Assembly: GCF_036321535.1 (NCBI RefSeq)
Contig: NC_087436.1
Coordinates: forward strand, 19,718,001 to 19,782,000
Direction of reading: 5' to 3'
Source: Camelus dromedarius
Taxonomy: Eukaryota
DNA: 64,000 nucleotides
Program-made: the position numbers and the translations under genes
The notes under the pieces: generated by a model
Told to the model about the DNA's origin: nothing
Database searches by the model: none
Seen by the model: the letters and a program-made list of their open reading frames with translations, nothing else
Part shown: piece after piece, positions 14,588-26,105 of the stretch
Position numbering within the stretch: the stretch's first letter is position 1
Layout of the letters: every line of letters begins with the position of its first letter

Positions 14588-14790
14588 GGGGCGGGAAGGG
14601 TATATACAGCTCAAGTGGTAGAGCACACGCTTAGCATGCATGAGGTCCTGGGTTCAATCCCTAGTATTTCCTCCAAGAATGAATAAATAAACCTAATTAC
14701 CTCCCCCCACCAAAAAAAAAAAAACAAAAAAAACAAACCAACCCAAACAAACGAACAAAGAACCCTAGGATGAGGGTTTAAAAAAAAAAA
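14588..14790 (+). mobile_element. tRNA-derived SINE (Vic-1-like, camelid)
   Basis: A box 'agctcaagtggtagagc', B box 'ggttcaatccc', 'aataaataaacctaattacctccc' tail; TSD aaacaccattgggg/aaacactattgggg. Confidence 0.9.
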
Positions 14791-16227
14791 GAAACACTAT
14801 TGGGGAAAAAATTCTAACATAGTGTGTGCTTCCGATGAAGTGAGTTTTAATTATGGTGCCCAATACCAATTGATTAATGCCTACTGGCACACAAGGGCAC
14901 TCACACACACGCGGTGCATATATAGTTTTGGAAAGAAGTGTTTGGGTTTTCCATCGCACCCTGCCATTGGTTTGGTGCTTTTCATCATTAATTTGTATTC
15001 AGAGCAGCAATTCCCACAGCTATTCTCCAGCAGCATAAATGTTGACATGCCACTTAAATGGATGATGTAAATACAGCCATTCAGAATATCCTGGACATTC
15101 TATTTTATGATTTGGAACCTGCAAGACGTCCAAGACGTGACAGACATTATAGTTTCTCAAGGGAGTCATAACTAAACCAGTTTACGAATGGTTGACTGTA
15201 GATGGTCTAAACCTCACACAGGGCCACTTGTGTCACTGAGTTCTGTGCTCCACAGGGGTGGTTTCAAAGATTCAGCAGAAGTTCCCATTTCCAGTCCCTT
15301 TTTCTGATTTCTGTCGCCCAGGGTCACCCACTCCTCCAAGGCATGTCGCTCCCTGCACTGATGGCAGCGTAAGGAGACCATGGCACTCAAGGTTCACAAC
15401 ACATGTGATTCATTTTCCTCCCAGAATGACTCAAGAAGAGATTTTTTTAGAATTCAATCTGAGTCTCAATAATTCAATTTGTGGAAAAGAGCAGATGAAG
15501 CTTTCATTCTATCATAATAAGTTTCATGTGTGAATGTATTAACTCATTGTCTGGGAAATACATTAGGTGGATAGAATGGGGACATGGTGGACAAGGACAA
15601 CCAAAGAATCTACCTGAAGGCTGGTGGCCGTTCCTCTGTGTAGACCCAGGAGAGTCTTCCTTAAGGCAGGCAGTTTGGGGCAACCCGATCACTCGTCTCC
15701 ATGCTTGAACTTGAAAGTCTGTCCACACCCTGGATTTCTGTCTCTTCTTAAGCAAGCAAGGTTTTGCATGCCCTACCCACAAACAGCTTGATGAAAATGT
15801 AATCTTTTCACTCACTTTCTGGGCTCCACACGGAAAAAGTCAGCCTTCTCCTGTTAGTAATTAAGCCAGCTGTCGTAATACTGAGATTGGGTTGCAATAG
15901 CTTTTCGTGTGAGCTGCACAGCCGACTTCTCTCTGCTTCAGAAACTTGGCTGGTGCTTTCAGTAACCACCGTGGAGCTGGTAAAATATTGACGCTACTTG
16001 TTCAGTGTCTGACCCTTGAGCAGTGTGGTGGAAGATGTTCTGTGGTGCAGCGAGGGTGTCTGGATTATGTAATCTCATCTTTGCCAGTGCAATGTATTAG
16101 GCATTCAAGAGACAGCGAGAGCTCCTGTGTTTATGAATAGCATTGATCATTATTTCCTAAAGAAAAATCGCCCAAGCCTTTCCTGAAATGTTGGTACTGT
16201 GCTAAGTGAGGAATTGGCTGAAAAAAG

Positions 16228-16229
<2 letters not shown>

Positions 16230-16273
<44 letters not shown>
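16230..16273. repeat. (GT)~21 microsatellite
   Basis: Read directly from the sequence. Confidence 0.98.
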
Positions 16274-16274
<1 letters not shown>

Positions 16275-16351
16275 GGCAGGGGAGAGGGAGATGGGGGAGG
16301 GTTGGGGGGGTTCTCTGTGGTTGTAATTCTGGTGAGCCTACTTTTGACTGC

Positions 16352-16359
16352 CTTTTATA
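16352..16359 (-). promoter_or_regulatory. Candidate TATA box (TATAAAAG)
   Basis: Consensus TATA box on the minus strand in repeat-free DNA, about 540 nt upstream of an AAA|GTGAGT donor at 15815. Confidence 0.35.
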
Positions 16360-16715
16360 CCAGCTTTCTTCTTGCCAGCTTTCTTCTTGTCTTTGGACAT
16401 TCTCCCAGTCACTTTTGGCCTTTGTTTAAAGGCAGGAAAGGAGCTAGAAGAGCAGGAGAGGAATAAGTTGCCCACAAATGGGCTGAACGTGTCCCCTTCT
16501 ATGTCATACAGCAGTGTCTCTTGTTAGTGTTTGGTGTTCCCGGTGGTGTTGAATGGTAGAGATGAGAGCCCCAAATAACAACAACAATGACACAAATTAC
16601 AAAACTGTACATTTTAAAGATAAAGAAGGGACACTGGTGGGAAAATGTCCAAATGCATAGGCATCCTTGGACAAGTCTGACCCATTATAATCAGTTATTG
16701 GGAGGAAAGTAATTA

Positions 16716-16885
16716 CTTTTTAAAGTGTTTATCTTTTAAATTTTATTTACTTTTTATTTATTTATTTTTGGAGGTAATTCGTTTTATTTATTTAATTTTT
16801 TTAATGGTGGTACTAGGAATTGAACCCAGGACCTTGTGCATGCTAAGCACTCACTTTGCCACTGAGCTATATAACCTCCCACCCT
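16716..16885 (-). mobile_element. Vic-1-like SINE
   Basis: Reverse A and B boxes 'ggaattgaacccaggacc...ccactgagctata'; TSD gggaggaaagtaatta/gggagaaaggtaatta. Confidence 0.9.
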
Positions 16886-17189
16886 GGGAGAAAGGTAATT
16901 AGTAAGGCAGAGAAGGGGACAGCCACCCCCACCCCCAAATCCCCAGGGCAGCGAGTAGCCCAGGCCACCTAAAGCTAGGTTGACCTCCAGGAATATTACA
17001 CGAAGGGCCCCTCCTCTTTGAGAAACACATATGCTCCAGCTGCATTATGAGCCCCAGACAAGGGCTCCTGACAGTTGGTGGCGGGACACCTGCAGCGAGA
17101 AGGGGTGGGTGGGCTAACACCCAGGACCGGGCAGCCCCCTGGTTTTAGGTATCAGACAAAATTAGCCTTCCCCCACTAATGGCCCTCCT

Positions 17190-17360
17190 TTGTCCTTGTA
17201 GGTGCTAAAAATATGAGGCAGGCCCTACATCGAATGTTTCACATAGATTATTTTTAACAATCCTTATCAAAAGTACTATTATTATTCTTGTGAGAAAACT
17301 GAGGCTCAGAGAGATGAATGTTACCTGCTGAGATGCTAAAGTTCAATCCTGTGTTTGACC
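17190..17360. mobile_element. MIR
   Basis: MIR core 'gagaaaactgaggctcagagag'. Confidence 0.65.
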
Positions 17361-17899
17361 AGAAAACGCTTCTGTGATTTACGTCATCTTACCTCCATTT
17401 ACACCACTTGCAGTGATGTTTACCTCTCACTTCCATATTCCTCCAGCCTTCTATTTCTCTGTTGTCTGTTTCTTAAAATTTCCACCCTGAGGGGTGGGGG
17501 ATGGAGGAAGAAAAAGAGCTCATTCCCCCCTCCCTATTTGCATACCTATTTCCCTTTCCTACCTACAATTTCATTTAAATCTTAATCCCCACCCCAAGCA
17601 AGAATATTTCAATGTCATGATCTGCTGCAGAATAAGGACTCGGCCCTAGCACAGAACTCAGAAGTGATTGCCCAAATTAATCAAGTTGCCCGAAGCCTTG
17701 ATTGTGCAGAAAATTTCAGTGGAAAATGTTCCATTTCACTCTCTGCTCCACCCCTCTCTGCACTCTGATGGGTCCTCATGATGTGTCCTACTCAATTATT
17801 CCTTTGACATCCAAAGGGACACTTCAGTCCAGGTGGAGCAGACAAGGAAGGGAGCCTTTTGAAGACTATTCTTTAAAAATACACATGGGAGAGGATGGA

Positions 17900-18860
17900 A
17901 AGCAGGCATTCTCCTGTATTGCTGCTGAGTAAGTAGAGTGGAAGCATCTCTCTAACTAGCAATCATGTACGTTTCAAGAATCTGAACAATATTTATGTTC
18001 TTTGATCAAAGAGTTCTGCATCTAGAAATTTATCCAAAGTCAGTCACCACAGACATGTACAAATATTTGTAAGCACAGAACTGTTTATCACAGAAATGGA
18101 TTATAATAGTGAAAATGGGAAATAATCAAAGTGTCAACCAGAAGGGCTTGGTTAAGGAAATGATGACACAACGATACATTATAATATTATACAGTCAGAA
18201 CAAGGGGTTTTACAAGGTGTATTTAATGATTTGAAGAAATAATCATGAAATATTCTGCAAATAAAAATATTCCAAGAAAAGTCTGTTCCATATGGCATCT
18301 TCTAGTCACATGAGGCCATTTAAATTTTAATTATCATTAAAATTAAAAATCTAGTTTCTCAGATGCGCAGGGCACATTTCACGTATTTAACAGCTATCAT
18401 ATTGGACAGTCAGCTATGGAATATTTCCATCATTTGCAGAAAGTTCTATTGGAGGCTACTAATATAGACCATGATTTTATTTTTTCCAATGTATGTGTGC
18501 CCATAGAAAAATTACAAGGAAATATGCCTAATAATAATGATAATGCTCTTGGTTGGTGGGACTAGATATGAAGTAGGCAAACTTTTCTAAAGAGTCATTT
18601 AGTAAATGTTTGGACTTTGTGGGTCATACAGTCAGTGAGGCAACTACTCAGCTCTGCCACTGTAGCATAAAAGTGATCATTGACAGTATAGAAGTAAATG
18701 GGCATGACTCTGTCTCAATAAAACTTTATACACAGAAACAGTTAGGGGGCTGAATTTCGCCCATGGGCCATAATTTGACCCCTGGATTAGATGATTGGTG
18801 ACGTTTGGTTTTTTTCTGTGTATATATTCATATTTGAATTTTTAAAAATAGCATAATTTT
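17900..18860. mobile_element. Old L1ME fragment with nested MER3-like (~18280-18470) and MER58-like (~18575-18790) MITEs
   Basis: 'cagaaagttctattgga' (MER3); 'gcaactactcagctctgccactgtagc...caataaaactttat' (MER58). Confidence 0.65.
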
Positions 18861-18890
18861 TTATTTAAATGTAAAACTCCTTAGAAAATT

Positions 18891-18930
18891 ATAGATAGAT
18901 AGACAGATAGATACATAGATACATAGATAG
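18891..18930. repeat. (TAGA)n/(TAGATACA)n microsatellite
   Basis: Read directly from the sequence. Confidence 0.9.
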
Positions 18931-19779
18931 AATATATATCTCCAGACCTGAACTGTCTGGGTGCAGATACAATGATGACTATGAAATTATTGAAACTGTC
19001 ATACGCCAATGATTCCACTTACTCCTTCCCATTCCTGCCACTGAGTCTGTCATGCCACTCACACTCTCCATCTCCCACAGCACAAAGAACACCTGCTGCA
19101 TGGATGCTCCCCAAGATGTTGCTCCCCTTAATTTATTAATTTAAATTCTTCAGAGGGTGGTGCCTGGGTGTTTGAGCTTGCTGAGATGGACGCGCGCACC
19201 TTAGAAAAGTGTTCCTTGGAGATGGCAATGTCCGCACCATTTGCCTCACTTATTACCAGCAGAGCATCCCATGTCAGAGTCTTTCAGGGCACGTTTGGTG
19301 ATGATGATGACCCTTGCCAGCTGAAGTGATGTCTAATAGAGTCCCAGTGAATGTCTAAATAAATGGAGAGCTTCAGTGGGCATCCGGTCAGTGCATTAGA
19401 TGAGCGGTCCCTGCACAGCTGCTGATGCTCTAGAAGGGGAGCAGGGCCAAGGTTAGACGTCTGACGGGTCTGTCTCCTGCAGAAGGAGATGACTGGGCTG
19501 CCTTCTGCAAAGGTTTGCACTTGTTTCCTGGTTTCCAAATTGTGCTTCTTGAGTCCTGGGAGAAGAGGGAAAAGAGCTGAATTTTAGGGCCAGGCCCCTC
19601 ACTCTGGTCCAATCAGAGCAGTGCCCCAGATATAGCCACGCTGCAGATTGGGCTCTTGAGTTCAACTTTGACCAAAGGTTTGCTGCTGCTGCTGCTGCTG
19701 GGAGGGGTGGGGTGGGGGCTGGAAGAAAGGTGGTGAAAAGCACTGCTAAATACATCGTCACGAACCCGTGGGCCATGGA

Positions 19780-20135
19780 CTCTAGCCACGTCTCGTTGGT
19801 TTCAAATGGTGTTATAAAATGTTAAACTTTGAAACCATTGTTTAAAAATCAGAAATTGTTTAAAAATATTAAAAATTTTTAAATGTGAAAAACAAGGGGA
19901 AAAAATCTGTGTCTTTGGCTTCTCTTAAAAAAATCAGAAAAATCTGGCAACATTCACTTCATGTCTGTCACGATGACAATTAGCTGGCATTGAGAAGCAG
20001 TTGCTCCCTTTAGGCAGGACATACATATCCTCTCTGTTACTCTGTTGCCACCATTCCTGAATCCTGGCCCTCTCGGCCCATTCACATTACCCGCCTTGAC
20101 CCTGTCACCATGTGAGTTCAAGATTCTGAGACTAG
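19780..20135. mobile_element. MER102-like hAT fragment
   Basis: 'ttctcttaaaaaaatcagaaaaatctggcaaca'; a related copy lies at ~49830-50110. Confidence 0.5.
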
Positions 20136-21330
20136 ATGATTGTTAAGGGTCTTGTCCGTTCCCATTGTCTATTGGATTTCCATTATGTGTATGGCAATTA
20201 GTACTAAAATTAAATCTAAAATCCTTTTCTTAAAGTCACCCTGAGTTAATGAACATCTTAGCCACAGATGTTCTGCTCACGTTAAGTACTGGGGTCAGGA
20301 GCCATTTTTCTCATGAATAAAGAAGGGGTGAAGCTTCCAGCCAAGCAAACAGGGTTTGCCTTCCAGCAAGTGCCACGTTGATCTTCATAGGAATCACTAG
20401 GAACGTTCTCCACATCTTTTCATGCCTCCCTCACTTTGGGCAACAGGGTAAGATTGTACTTTCTGACCCCCTTGAATTGTCCTAACCAGGGAGTTGTGAG
20501 CAAAAGTGGCATGTGTCATTTCTGGATCTCAGCATATGATCTGAAATGGTTCAAGATGGTGCCTATGCCATCGGCAAACTCACTCCCTAAGTGACAGTGA
20601 ACAGAGGCCTCTACCAGCTCATGATAGGCCTCTCCTGTGAGCAAGAAGTCTAACTGTGTTGGTTTAGGCACTGAGGCTTGGGGCTGTCTGTTACTGCTGC
20701 ACGACCTGGTCCATCCTGACCACTCAGATGTCCTGACTGAAGGTACCATTTTCAAGCCTCCAGGATCTACACTCCCAACTCCATTTCACGCTAGCCAACT
20801 ATTCCTCTTATTTCTTTGACATCCTTTCCCTTGAATTTAGCCATAAAGTTAGAATATTAGGAAGCAGTGCCTGCCATGATGTCCTCATTTCTTGGCATTG
20901 CTCGACACTTGATCTTCACCACAATTCTCCCTACCCTGTTATATAATAGATTAGAGGTCACGTGTGTTTCCTACCCTGAATAACTCATCTTCACAGGATC
21001 TCAGTGAGAACATTTATTTCTTTCATTTTAATATTTTATCATTTTTATCCTAAAATATGACCTTAACTGGTTGCCATGCATTTCATTTCTTCTTGCCTTA
21101 AATATTTGAAAAGTTTCAAGGCATGAAAATCACTCACAGAGAGTGTGACCAAAAAATGCTCAGTTTTAGTTCTGTATGATTTCATTGTTAACTGGGTGTC
21201 ATTCCAAGGATGATTTCTCCCCTTCTGATTTCTTTCTGCTTTAGCCTCAGTCTTCATCTTTCTTGGGATTAACGCCTGGCGTTTGACCGCAGCTGGAAGG
21301 TGGGCTGTACAGCATTAAGAACTCTGGGTC

Positions 21331-21810
21331 TTTTTTTTTTTTTTTATGGCTGAGTAGTATTTGTGGCAACATGGATGGACTTGGAAGGCATGAGGCAAAG
21401 TGAAATAAGTCAGACAGAGAAAGACAAATACTGTATGATGTCACTTATATGTGGAATCTAAAAAATATGACAAACTAGTGAATATAACAAAAAAGAAGCA
21501 GACTCACAGATACAGAGAAGAAACCATTGGTTACCAGTGAGGAGAGGTGAGGGGGGAGGGACAATACAGGACCAGAGGATTAAGAGGTACAAGCTAGTAG
21601 GTACAACATAAGCTGCAAGGATATATTGTACAACACTGAGTACAGCCAATATTTTATAGTAACTATAAATGGAGTATAACCTTTAAAAATTATGAATCAC
21701 TACATTGTACACCTGTAACTTACATAATATTGTACATCCACTGTACTTCAATTAAAAACTTCATAAATAAATAAATAAATAGCAAAAATACATAAGTAAA
21801 AAAAAAAAAG
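21331..21810 (+). mobile_element. L1 3' end with a short 5' inversion and TSD
   Basis: Poly-A at ~21800; TSD aagaactctgggtc (21317)/aagaattctgcgtc (21808). Confidence 0.92.
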
Positions 21811-21974
21811 AATTCTGCGTCTTTTCCCACATTAGAACAGTAAGGTTTTCTCCAGAGTTGGTACATCTGCTGGGGGTTCAGAAATCATGGTAATAAAGCA
21901 CAAACTGAGGAAAGTTTAAACATTAAAGATGTTTTCTTCATCTGTTACTACTACAGAGAGCATTGGACTAGGTC

Positions 21975-23115
21975 TTTTAAAAATATATAGCAGTTTTATT
22001 GAAGTGTAATCCACATACAAAGATCTACACATATTTAACATGTACAATCTGATGAATTTGGATGTACACAAACTCCTGTGACCACAGTCAAGGTAACAGA
22101 CACACCCAATCCCTCCCAGAGTTTCACTGCGTCCCTTCCTTGTTTGTTTTGTGTGTGTGTGTGTGTGTGTGGTGAGAACACTCCACATGAGATCCACGCT
22201 CATAAATTTGACAGCACTGTATTGCTGACTGCAGGCACCTGGCTGCGCAGCTGATCCCTGGACCCCGTTCATCTAGCATAACTGAAACGTTGTGGCCTTT
22301 GAATAACAGCTCCCCAGTTCACTCTTAAAGGATAATAAGAGCTAACGTATATTCTATGTTCAACCATACGACAGGCAATAGTCTAAGGGCTTTATTTTAA
22401 CTATCACCACATCAACAGGGGAGGCTCCACTGAGTCCTCATTTTCCAGATAAGGAAACTGAGGGGGTAATGTATCCTTTATTCAGTTTGCCTAACCCTTC
22501 AAGCTGCAGGGAGGTCCTGGCTACTAACATCATGGTTGCACACAGACTGTGGTAGAGGGAACGGAACGCCTTACTAAACTCCACATTCATTCATTTCTTT
22601 GTACTTACTCTGTTTTTTTTGTGGTAAGAACACTTAATGTGAGATCTACATTCTTAACCATTTTTAAGTGTACCGTCTAGTATTACTGACTAGTCACAAT
22701 ATTGTACAACAGATCTCTAGAGCTTTCATCTCACTGAATTAACACTGTTTGCTCATTGATTACTGCCTCCCCGTGAGCCCCCTCCCAGGCCCCTGGCAAC
22801 CTCCAACTTCCTCTGATTCTATGGAATCTGACTCTTTTAGATACCTCATATGAATGAAATCGTGCAGGTGTTGTCTTTTGTGACTGGCTTATTTAACTTA
22901 GCATGATGTCCTCAAGGTTCACGTTGTTGCATGTTGTTCTCGAATACTAACATTCCTAAGTTCACTGCAGCGTTATTCACAAAAATCAAGATGGGGAAAC
23001 AACTCAATGTCCATCAACACATGAACAGATGAAGAAAATGTTATATATATATATATATACATACATACATACACACACACAATAGACTACTATCCAGCCT
23101 TAAAAAAGAAGGAGC
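21975..23115. mobile_element. Cluster of L1MA/MB 3' fragments (21975-22325 minus; 22610-22940 minus; 22940-23115 plus) and a MIR (~22340-22470)
   Basis: 'gtggtgagaacact...gagatc' L1MA 3'UTR occurs twice; MIR core 'gataaggaaactgag'. Confidence 0.75.
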
Positions 23116-23604
23116 TTTCAAGTTCACTAATGTCACTGTTTACTTTACACCCTGTTAGGGTGAGTGTGGTATGGTGGGTCTGACTCTCTTGCCAAATGAC
23201 GTACCATCAGCTCTACGTGACTACAGTAAACCAATGTTAGGACACTCACCATCATACTTTCTCATGGTTCCTCCTTCATCTTCACCCCTAAATTCAAACG
23301 TGCCAGCCAGATACACAATCCAGTCCCTTCAAAGTTTTCTCTAAAATCCTTGGACCTACTCACGCCAAGCATGTCATGTGCTGGGTAACGTGGTAGCAGA
23401 TTTGACGGGCCATGGGAGAGATGACGACGAGGACTGCTTCACCTCCTACCGTCTCACCAGCATCTCTTCCTCTGTCTTAGCGCCCTCCCCCCAGACCCAC
23501 CCCCGCCTCACCTCCCACCATATGGAGCCCCCAGAATGACTGGCCCAGTCCCAGCTCAACAAAACCTCCTCAAAGATGGGAGTCCCATACCAGCTGCAAC
23601 AGAA

Positions 23605-24979
23605 ATAGCCTCTGTAACATGCCCCCTTTCAAAGCGCAAATACTAATCCAAAGTAAGACTAGAAAAAATATATAGTTTCAATTTAGCGTAGTTTATATGA
23701 CCTAGATAGTAAAGCATCAGCAATAGTGTTGGCGATGAACATAAAAGTAATGATATCAAACCATGCTCTTCCCAGGATCTCTTTTGGATGTGTCTGTTTC
23801 GCCCATTTTCTCTGTATCACTATACTCAGTAACTGACTTTTGAAAAACCGAATTATCACCTGAACTTTCAGGGCCAAGGCAATACCTAAGAATTACACAC
23901 GTTTGCCCTCGGTTAATTTTAAGAAGGTATCTAATGTAGGAATTCTGTAACTCAGATGTAAAGTCGATTAATCCGAAGATAGTGAAGGATCAATACACCG
24001 TTGTCGTGAACTTGGTGGAGACTGAAAAGATTACAACACTCAAACCACTAAAACTTGGAGTTCTAAGGTCCAGATGACTGAAATGTTATACCTTTGGGCA
24101 ACAACAAGTTTCCTGAGTTGCAAGACAGACAGACGTTTCCCTCAACACAGCACAGACATCGCTGACTGTTGAAGGCTCCAACTTACCACAGGAAGAATCA
24201 GCAGTTAATTTCCTGAAGCCAGGGAATAATTTCCTTTTAAGTTCCTTTCTATTTCCTCTTCATTTCTTCACCTTGTGAACGTCTTATCTCCATTTCTTCT
24301 TTATTCCCAGGCTGTTAGATTGCTTCCTTTCTCCACCATTTCTTAAGTTTGAGCCACAGCAGCTGACTTCCCTGATCTCCGTCTAAGTTCCCATCAAAAG
24401 CCATTAATCTATAGGTTAAGAGCAACCTGCTCCCTTCTGATGTTATAGCGAGAGCCCTGTGTAGTACAATAAATGGACTGCAGCACGACCATCCAGTCAT
24501 TCTTGTTCTCTGCTGGCTGGTTTAAAAATTGGCAAGGCTGTACTGATAGAGGAGATTGAAGGCAATGAGCTGAATCGACTGGTTTTACTGCACTGTAGTG
24601 TGAGTCAAACGTCTAATCATGGCCAGCACTGTCTCTTCTTTCTTTATAGCCTCTGTAACATCTGTCTATAAAACACACTCCTATGTTGCTTGACTTCCTG
24701 TCTCACGACTTCACTCCCTCCCTCCTTAAAGGTGCTCTACTCTGTCCTGAATGCAAAATTTTTTATATCACTGCTTACGTCTTTTAAACACATGCCCCCT
24801 TTCAAAGTGAAAATACTAATCCAAAGTAAGACTAGAAAAAATACGTAATTTCCATTTAGCATTGTTTGTAAGGACTAGACAGCAAAACGTCAGCAATAGT
24901 GCTGGGAACGAACATAAAAATAATGGTATCAAACCATGCTCTTCCAGGGCTCTCTTTTGGATATGTCTGTTTAGCTCAT
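23605..24979 (+). repeat. Direct duplication: 23617-23806 matches 24790-24979 (gapless, offset 1173); 23605-23620 is identical to 24646-24661
   Basis: Hand alignment gives about 28 mismatches in 190 bp. Confidence 0.95.
23886..24862 (-). pseudogene. Possible decayed spliced gene for a secreted protein (unidentified)
   Basis: ATG at 24862 gives MLNGNYVFFLVLLWISIFTLKGGMCLKD then gtaagc; GT-AG introns of 113, 74 and 70 nt; downstream frames contain stops. Confidence 0.3.
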
Positions 24980-25317
24980 GTTTCCATTGTGGCGATGCCA
25001 GCTTAGCTTTGACAGTTTGACCCTGAACCCTGGTTGCTCTGTTGTCATTTAACAATCCCAGCTGGCAACCGAGTCTGACTTCGGTTTGTGTTCACTTCTC
25101 CTCGTGAAGTCTGTACCATCCCTTCTAGTCCATTTGCCCTCAAGGTCTTTCACCCTTACCAGACCAGCTATTTAAGAGTGAAAGACCTGGTAGACATCCT
25201 CACATTATTTTCAGTTAACATAACTACCTGTGCCTGTGCAGAATGTTTGTATAAAAATAATCTAATTTTTAAAAATGTTTAAAATCACGTTTAACAAGCA
25301 CAAAGCTTAATTGCTCT

Positions 25318-25336
25318 ACAGCGCCATCTAGTGACA
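25318..25336 (-). promoter_or_regulatory. CTCF-like motif
   Basis: Minus strand GTCACTAGATGGCGCTG is close to the CCACYAGRKGGCRS consensus. Confidence 0.6.
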
Positions 25337-25609
25337 ATAAATGTTGTACCAAGCATTGCAATTCATCATGAACTCTCCGGAGTCTGTTTCCTTCAAGGTT
25401 TTTAGGCCCTAAATGAACAGATCTTCTAAATTTTCACATGTCCCCACTATGCTTAATAAATAGAATCAATGGAAGTAGACTTAGTCCAGTTCCAATGGGT
25501 ACAACACCTTCTTTTTATTTAAAAAATTCATTATAATTCTTTCTTCTTACTGACCTTATTCTTTCAAAATGGGCATAATTTTCTCAGTCATTTCTTAGCT
25601 TTCACATCA

Positions 25610-25780
25610 GGTCACACTTACCACTTACAAGTGTTCACTCTGTACCAGGCACTGGCTTAAGTGCTTTAACATGCACTGATTTTCACAGTAACCCAATGAA
25701 ATGGTTGCTATTAGTAGCCACATTTTGCTTTGTGAAAAAGCAAGGCACAGAGGGTGACTGAAGTTACACAGCTGGTAAAT
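25610..25780. mobile_element. MIR
   Basis: 'gtaccaggcactggcttaagtgcttt...aaggcacagagggtgact...acacagctggtaa'. Confidence 0.65.
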
Positions 25781-25809
25781 ACTTTCCTTTCCTGATTACA
25801 CGATCCGCT

Positions 25810-26105
25810 TATTTTATTTTATTTTATTCTATTTTATTTACTTTTTTATTGAAGTATAGTCAGTTTACAAGGCTGTGTCAATTTCTGGTGTACAGCACGA
25901 TGCTTCAGTCATACAGGAACATACATATATTCGTTTTCATGCTATGAGATATTGAATATAGTTCCCTGTGCTATACAGTATAAACTTGTTTATCTATTTT
26001 ATATTAAAAAAAGACAAATGAAGTTATTTATAAAACAGAAACAGACTCACAGACATAGAAAACAAACCAGGGGGGAAGGGGGTGGGAAGGGATAAATTGG
26101 GAGTT
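25810..26105 (-). mobile_element. L1 3' end with an inverted 5' piece
   Basis: Minus-strand tail 25810-26000 joined to plus-strand 'aaaacagaaacagactcacagacatag...gggataaattgggagtt'. Confidence 0.9.

Noticed and set aside
14600..14670. tRNA-like sequences here and at ~16810-16870, 31130, 35575 and 58240
   Set aside because: They share a non-tRNA tail, poly-A and TSDs, so they are SINE copies rather than tRNA genes
16199..16466. ORFs with VC repeats
   Set aside because: Artefact of translating the (GT)n microsatellite
23886..24240. Vitellogenin relic, suggested by the 21-nt exon between short introns
   Set aside because: The translation does not match vitellogenin exon 3 as I recall it, and nothing else supports it
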